Positions 58,484 to 64,000 of a DNA stretch of 64,000 nucleotides are shown here, one piece after another. The notes beneath the pieces are model-generated. The model was not told the origin of the DNA and did no database searches. It saw nothing but the letters and a program-made list of their open reading frames with translations. The DNA is taken from NCBI GenBank assembly GCA_044226015.1, contig JBGAHS010000002.1, positions 1,223,209 through 1,287,208 of the forward strand, written 5' to 3'. The first letter of the stretch is position 1. The number at the start of each line of letters is the position of its first letter. This DNA is from Candidatus Obscuribacteraceae bacterium. GTDB lineage: Bacteria > Cyanobacteriota > Vampirovibrionia > Obscuribacterales > Obscuribacteraceae. The translations under genes were made by a program, and so were the position numbers.

Positions 58484-59467
58484 ATGGCAGATATTTATTA
58501 TGAGAACTCGTGTGACCTTTCTTCACTTGAAAATTTAACTTTGGGACTCATAGGCTACGGAAACCAAGGCCGGGCGCACGCTTTGAACCTTAAAGACAGT
58601 GGACTGAACGTCAAAATCGGCACCAGATCTGGTAGCAAGACTTGTCAACAGGCGCAGGACGATGGATTCGAATGCCTAGATTTAGAGACTGTTGCCAAGT
58701 GTTCAGATCTACTTGCTTTAATGCTTCCTGATGAACACATGCCCGAAGTATTTTCAAAACAAATAGCGCCAAATTTGAAAGCAGGCGCTGCTCTGGTCTT
58801 CGCTCATGGCTTTGCCATCCATCATAAGACAATAACTCCCCCCGCCAGCAGCGATCTACTGCTGGTCGCTCCGACTGGGCCTGGACGCCAGGTACGCTCA
58901 CTCTACGCCGAAGGCATAGGGTTACCGGCGCTGGTTGCAGTGGGCAACGACGCCAGCGGTAGAGCATGGGACAAGTGTCTCGCCTATGCAAAAGGCATTG
59001 GTTGCACCAGAGCTGGTGTCATTAAGACAAGCTTTGAGGAAGAAACAGTTACAGATTTATTCTGCGAACAAGCTGTGCTTTGCGGAGGGCTTCCAGAACT
59101 GATAAAAGCTAGTTTCGACACTCTTGTGAGCAGGGGTTATCAAAGAGAACTTGCATACATATCATGCTTGAAAGAAGTAAAGTTGATAGCTGACCTCTTA
59201 TTTCAGCAATCAATCGATGGCATGAGAGCAGCAATATCAAATACAGCGAAATATGGCTCGGCTATTGCTGGTCCAAAAATAATTAATTCCGCTACCAGAG
59301 CGCATCTGGAAGATATTTTGCAAAATATAGAATCTGGAAGCTTTGCTCAAGATTTTATTGCCGACACCGCAGATGGTGCCCAAACAATAAACTCCTTGAT
59401 GAAGGAAGAGCGCAATTCAAAATTGGCGGCCGTTGGCCGAGAACTGAAAGAGACTTTGCGCTTTTAG
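58484..59467 (+). CDS. ilvC: Ketol-acid reductoisomerase
   Basis: IGYGNQGRAHALNLKDSG, AHGF, DLFCEQAVLCGG, ISNTAKYG. Confidence 0.95.
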   Translation: MADIYYENSCDLSSLENLTLGLIGYGNQGRAHALNLKDSGLNVKIGTRSGSKTCQQAQDDGFECLDLETVAKCSDLLALMLPDEHMPEVFSKQIAPNLKAGAALVFAHGFAIHHKTITPPASSDLLLVAPTGPGRQVRSLYAEGIGLPALVAVGNDASGRAWDKCLAYAKGIGCTRAGVIKTSFEEETVTDLFCEQAVLCGGLPELIKASFDTLVSRGYQRELAYISCLKEVKLIADLLFQQSIDGMRAAISNTAKYGSAIAGPKIINSATRAHLEDILQNIESGSFAQDFIADTADGAQTINSLMKEERNSKLAAVGRELKETLRF

Positions 59468-60345
59468 CTGACAATCAGATTGTCTATCAAGCGCACAGAC
59501 CCTAGCTTAGCTGCCACCAGAAGAACCATTGGAGTCTTCACTTCTTTCAAAGGCTCTAGGGTCAAGGGGTCACAAGCTTCAAGATATTGCAGAGCAAACT
59601 CTGGAACTTTGCTTAGTTTTTCCCGGGCAAATCTCAGTGCTTCCTCGAGGCTGCGGCGCCCTGAAAGCGCATCTTCACGCACAACACAGAGTGTACGATA
59701 CAGCTCTGGGGCGCGTTTTCTTTCATCGTAGCTTAGATAGACATTGCGAGAACTGAGAGCCAGTCCGTCAGATTCCCTGACTGTAGGAACAGAGACCACC
59801 TTTACGGGTAAGTTGAGATCTGCCACCATACGGCGAATGATGGTCAACTGCTGATAGTCTTTTTCGCCAAAATAAGCCTGTTCTGGCTGGGTAATCGAAA
59901 ACAATTTCAAAACCACCGTCGCCACACCTACGAAATGACCAGGGCGAACAGTTCCGCACAACCTATCAGTCAGGTCAGATGGCGGAATAACCTTTGTACT
60001 TAGTTCATGACCAGAAGAATACAATTCGCTAACAGCCGGGTTAAAAACGGCAGCCACCCCAGCTTCTCTGCAAAAATTCAGATCTTTCTCGAAGGTTCGA
60101 GGGTATTTGTCGAAATCTTCGTTAGGCCCAAACTGCATGGGATTTACAAAGGTGGAGACGACGACGTTTTGACAATCTCTGACGGCGCGACGCACCAGGG
60201 TCATGTGCCCTTCATGCAGGGCGCCCATCGTAGGCACAAAGCCAATTAGCGGACGCTCATCGCCTTCTTTTGCAAGCAGCACATTCCGCCAATCACGATA
60301 ATCAGCAATCGTTTCGAGCACCTTGCTTTCAGCTAACGGGTTCAT
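59464..60345 (-). CDS. panC: Pantoate--beta-alanine ligase
   Basis: VPTMGALHEGH, FVNPMQF, RPGHF, FGEKDYQQ, ALSSRN, RLIDN. Confidence 0.95.
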   Translation of the reverse strand: MNPLAESKVLETIADYRDWRNVLLAKEGDERPLIGFVPTMGALHEGHMTLVRRAVRDCQNVVVSTFVNPMQFGPNEDFDKYPRTFEKDLNFCREAGVAAVFNPAVSELYSSGHELSTKVIPPSDLTDRLCGTVRPGHFVGVATVVLKLFSITQPEQAYFGEKDYQQLTIIRRMVADLNLPVKVVSVPTVRESDGLALSSRNVYLSYDERKRAPELYRTLCVVREDALSGRRSLEEALRFAREKLSKVPEFALQYLEACDPLTLEPLKEVKTPMVLLVAAKLGSVRLIDNLIVS

Positions 60346-60479
60346 TCTGTCTCCTCGGCAACGGGTTTAATTATACTGCTGCTGTATCTTGTTCTCGAAT
60401 GAAACTGCATTTGATGTGAAAGATCTGGGATAATTCTTTGCGAGTTGGTCTTGTCGCAACTCCATAGGACAGCAAAAAA

Positions 60480-62840
60480 ATGCGCCGAAACCGGAAACTT
60501 TTATCTTTCTTGCTCCTCCTGAGCACGACATTTACAACACTGTCCACTTCCTCATACGCGGCAGGAGAGACCAGTCTTGGAACCGCATCGTCTGCTGTTG
60601 AGCTTGCTAATCAAGTCTCAGCAGCCTATGGCGGAATGGCGCGAATCAAAGAAATGATAAATCGGGGAACACGCAGCCACGCCAAGCTTTACAACATGTC
60701 GAGTATATCGAACGCCAGCAATATGTTCGAATGCGAGTTCATCAGCAAAGGCAACAAACTCCGCATTGAAATGGAGGTTTTAGGTCAACAGAAGGTAGAA
60801 GCCTTCGACGGCAAAACAGGCTGGACCCAGGCTGGTGGCTGGGTCAGCAAACTCGACCAGAAGACTGTCGATAGAGTGACAGAAGAAATGACACACGGCT
60901 TAAATGCCCTTGAGAAGCTCGACGACCCTAATAGCAAGCTTGAGCTTTTGCCACAGAAAAAAATCAATGGAAAATCCTGTGACGTTCTAAAGCTTACGCC
61001 TCCGGGTGGTAAGTGGACCCTGTTTTACGTAGACCCTGTAACGCGCATGGTTCTGCGAAATGAATTCATGGGGCAGGACAGCGAGCAGGGAATCGAAACT
61101 CTAAAATCAGTGGACTACTTTGATTACCGCAATGTTATGGGGTTTCCAACACCCTATAGGGTGGTCGAATATCTCGGAGACCGCAAAACTCAGGAAGTAC
61201 TCGTTGACGCAGTCACTATTGATGATGCAGTGACTGAAAATACCTTTTCAATGCCTGAGGAAAGCAGCTATTCACGGTTAGAGCGCGGTCCGGTGACAAT
61301 TCCGTTTGAGTACATCGGAAACCTAATTGTAATCAACGCACGCGTGAACAACGGACAAGAAGCCAAGTTTATTGTGGATACTGGCGCTAGCCAAACGGTC
61401 TTAGACAAATCAACTGCGCAAGCTCTTGGACCGCTAACAACGAATACCTTCAATGTTACTGCTCTGGCAAAAGCTGTACCACTCAGCTACACCAAATTGG
61501 ACAAACTTCAAATAGGCGATCTCAGCATCGAAAATATTTCTACTCTTGTGACAGATCTCTCGTCCTTCAGCTCATCGATAGGTCAGCGCCCAGGCGGACT
61601 CATAGGCGCAAATGTCCTCTCACGCTTCCTCGTCACATTTGATTTTCAGGACAAAAAACTTGTTTTGGAAGATCCTAAAAATGTAGCTGTGCCTGACCGC
61701 GCGTTCGTGATTCCCACATCTCCTGTGTTTGCAGCAACCGGACTTGTTGTTTCAGGACAACTAGACGATAAGCCAATTAATTTTCTTGTGGATACCGGTG
61801 CTGCCTTTAACAATTTGCCCTTTTCGCTGGCACAGCAATTTAATGCCGGTTCTGTGCTAACGGTAGGACAACTGAACGGTCTTGACGGACTTAAGACAAG
61901 AATAGGTTCAATCAAACTAAGAGAACTACAGCTCGGAAACTTCAAGGTTCCGAACCCTGTATTTGTGGTTCGCCCTGACAAAGGTTCAAGCACCAGCCCT
62001 TCTGGACTTTCCACAGCCTCTGCAATGGGACTTCTGGGCAACCTCGTATGGAGCAAAACAAATCTCACAATCGACTATCGCAATAATCGCATCATAGTTA
62101 TAGTACCTGTGGACAAACAGAAAAACGAATCATATTTCGCGAAGATTGAAGAAATCGATCGCAGTTACTTGAAGAAAAAGAATGTAGATGAAAGCGCTGC
62201 TGCTTTCGAAAAGCTGATGAACAATGCAAAAGCGGATAACGCAAAAGCAGCAGAGGCGCTTGCTCTTTCTCGCCTTGCTTCTTTGTATGCAGACAAATAT
62301 TACTCAACGAAAGAGAGTAAATGGCTCGATCTATCCTCACAAGAATATGAGCGTGCCACCAAACTTGCTACCACTTCCAGAGACAAAACTATAGAAGGAC
62401 AAATACTCGCGCAGTGGGCAATGCTCAATCTAAACGCACCAAGAAGCAGCACCGACCTGACTTCTGGCCAGAATCTGTTGAAGCGAGCCTCGAAGAGAGC
62501 AATGGACCCGAGCATTTTTGCTGCGCTCGGAACAGCGATGCTAAAGACGAGTAAAAGCCCTCTGGCAGTTCAATTCATCGATAATGCCCTGATGCTCGAC
62601 CCGTCCAACTGGCAAGCGCTCTGGACAAAATACAAAGTTCTTGAGTCAGAAAAAAAATACGAAGAGATGAACTTATTAGCAGCTCAAATGTCTCGCTACT
62701 ACCCTGACTTTCCGCAAGTCAAAGAAGTGCTCGCTAAACTTGCCAAAATGAACCCAACGAAAAAAGCTCCCGGCAGTACATCGTCCAAACCGGGAGTCAA
62801 TTCAGCTGCCCCTCAGAAGAAGAAAACACAGCAGCGATAA
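60480..62840 (+). CDS. Secreted twin-domain retropepsin-like aspartyl protease with N-terminal LolA-like and C-terminal TPR regions
   Basis: Signal peptide; FIVDTGAS and FLVDTGAA; GLIG and GLLG motifs; ALMLDPSN TPR-like. Confidence 0.8.
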   Translation: MRRNRKLLSFLLLLSTTFTTLSTSSYAAGETSLGTASSAVELANQVSAAYGGMARIKEMINRGTRSHAKLYNMSSISNASNMFECEFISKGNKLRIEMEVLGQQKVEAFDGKTGWTQAGGWVSKLDQKTVDRVTEEMTHGLNALEKLDDPNSKLELLPQKKINGKSCDVLKLTPPGGKWTLFYVDPVTRMVLRNEFMGQDSEQGIETLKSVDYFDYRNVMGFPTPYRVVEYLGDRKTQEVLVDAVTIDDAVTENTFSMPEESSYSRLERGPVTIPFEYIGNLIVINARVNNGQEAKFIVDTGASQTVLDKSTAQALGPLTTNTFNVTALAKAVPLSYTKLDKLQIGDLSIENISTLVTDLSSFSSSIGQRPGGLIGANVLSRFLVTFDFQDKKLVLEDPKNVAVPDRAFVIPTSPVFAATGLVVSGQLDDKPINFLVDTGAAFNNLPFSLAQQFNAGSVLTVGQLNGLDGLKTRIGSIKLRELQLGNFKVPNPVFVVRPDKGSSTSPSGLSTASAMGLLGNLVWSKTNLTIDYRNNRIIVIVPVDKQKNESYFAKIEEIDRSYLKKKNVDESAAAFEKLMNNAKADNAKAAEALALSRLASLYADKYYSTKESKWLDLSSQEYERATKLATTSRDKTIEGQILAQWAMLNLNAPRSSTDLTSGQNLLKRASKRAMDPSIFAALGTAMLKTSKSPLAVQFIDNALMLDPSNWQALWTKYKVLESEKKYEEMNLLAAQMSRYYPDFPQVKEVLAKLAKMNPTKKAPGSTSSKPGVNSAAPQKKKTQQR

Positions 62841-62854
62841 CGCTGCTTGAGTCA

Positions 62855-63259
62855 CTATGCCTGAGCGGCGATTTTGATAATCTGGAATTCCATGCCAGCA
62901 ACTTCTTTATTGTTAATAGCTAGCATCAGCTGATAAGAACCTTCTTCTGGGAATAAGAGCCCGGAAAATGCACCAATCAGTTTATGTGAAATGTTTTTGT
63001 CAGGTGATGGAGCCACTTGCTGAACGTTTGATTCAGTGATGACTTGACCTCTTTTGTCCTTGAATCTGAATTGATAGCTAAACTCGGTTGCGGACCCGGT
63101 GACTTCGGAGTATGCAAACACAAGTGGAACAACTGCAGGGAATTGTTGAACTGACATTGTGCTGTGTATGTTGACAAGCGTAATGTCGGTTTTTCTGAGC
63201 ATATCTTGAAGAACACGCTCACACATGAAAACTGCAATTGGTCTTGGAACGTCTGCCAC
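62855..63259 (-). CDS. Conserved hypothetical protein (DUF6941-like)
   Basis: CERV, QFPA and FPEEGSY beta-sandwich pattern; GAGGA RBS, GTG start. Confidence 0.65.
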   Translation of the reverse strand: MADVPRPIAVFMCERVLQDMLRKTDITLVNIHSTMSVQQFPAVVPLVFAYSEVTGSATEFSYQFRFKDKRGQVITESNVQQVAPSPDKNISHKLIGAFSGLLFPEEGSYQLMLAINNKEVAGMEFQIIKIAAQA

Positions 63260-63347
63260 GATTATTCTTCCTCTCGTTTAAGTTGCTCCTGGCAACGATA
63301 GGTGCTTGAATTAGTAAAGTATCGGCCAGAAGTGTTCCAGATTATAG

Positions 63348-63464
63348 ATGATCGATCCAGAAGAACTAACTTTTGCGCAATTGTTTTGGCTGTTTCTTGG
63401 CCTTATTGTCGCTATCGTGCTTTTCTGTCGCTGGGTTGACATGAACTGGGTGTTTCAGCACTAG
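63348..63464 (+). CDS. Putative 38-aa single-TM protein
   Basis: Translated by hand: MIDPEELTFAQLFWLFLGLIVAIVLFCRWVDMNWVFQH; below the ORF-track size cutoff. Confidence 0.45.
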   Translation: MIDPEELTFAQLFWLFLGLIVAIVLFCRWVDMNWVFQH

Positions 63465-63771
63465 CCAAGTATTCAATCTTAGTGAGGCTTAAGACTGCGC
63501 GCGAGAATAGCGCCAGTTTGAGCGAAACTGTACTTTAAGTTCTTAACCCAACTTGCTTTTGGCCCGGACAAAAGAGCGAGTCTGAAGGCACTCGTTGTTT
63601 TCTTCTCTAAATCGCAAAGTCTAAGCCAGACAGTACCATCACCCACCAAGACGCGTATCTGGAGCCAGATGTACTGGTCTGCGTGTGCGTGGCCTTGCGA
63701 AACGAGAACGCTGAGATTCTGGAACACCAGACAGCACAACGACAAGAACCAAGAAAACCTCTGGAGAAACC

Positions 63772-64000
63772 ATGAGAAAGTTAGCACTTCTAGCGCTCTT
63801 TGCCCTCCCAACGTTGGCCGCCAACCCGGCATTTGCGCAGCACGGTCACGTCGGTGGCGGTCCTGTCCACCACGGTCCTGTCCACCCTGGTCCTGTCCAC
63901 CACGGTCCTGCTCACCCAGGTCCTGCTCACCCAGGTCCTGCTCACCCCGGTCCTGTTCACCCCCGTCCTGTTCACCCTGGTCCCGTCCACCCTGGTCCTG
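63772..64000 (+). CDS. Secreted His/Pro/Gly pentapeptide-repeat protein (runs off the window end)
   Basis: GGAGA RBS; signal peptide MRKLALLALFALPTLAANPAFA, then QHGHVGG and GP(V/A)H(P/H) repeats, open to the window end. Confidence 0.85.
   Translation, partial: MRKLALLALFALPTLAANPAFAQHGHVGGGPVHHGPVHPGPVHHGPAHPGPAHPGPAHPGPVHPRPVHPGPVHPGP

Noticed and set aside
63479..63990. Minus-strand ORFs at the window end, including the VNRTG/VSRTW repeat ORF
   Set aside because: The + strand frame from 63772 has an RBS, a signal peptide and synonymous repeat variation, so these are antisense shadows or leader sequence.

Overview
Gene-dense bacterial chromosomal window with no rRNA, tRNA, CRISPR array, transposase or integrase that I could recognise. 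The gene content suggests an Obscuribacterales/Vampirovibrionia-like (Melainabacteria) genome, but that is inference only. The window is a mosaic. An AT-richer backbone of recognisable genes (3-hydroxybutyrate dehydrogenase, speB, tadA, a two-component pair, Flp pilin, prolyl oligopeptidase, NCS1 permease, DUF1800/DUF1501, mutL, inositol monophosphatase family, PKMT-like methyltransferase, spermidine-synthase-like protein, M20 hydrolase, ilvC, panC, aspartyl protease) is interrupted by about 11 short GC-richer islets of 1-4 mostly orphan genes. Most islets have a long leader, a clear RBS and a terminator-like hairpin. The most striking observation is that all seven + strand islets that end inside the window are followed by one imperfect 17-bp palindrome, TACTA-N7-T(C/A)GT(A/T). 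The two - strand islets that end inside the window converge on two of these sites. This suggests a dispersed cassette-like insertion or regulatory system. Other highlights are an operon of two paralogous unknown GNAT-like genes plus a patatin and an acyl-CoA dehydrogenase, a family of three membrane-anchored beta-hairpin repeat proteins, a toxin-like zincin, degenerate enzymes and a secreted His-Pro-Gly repeat protein. All calls come from reading motifs by eye; no database search was run.
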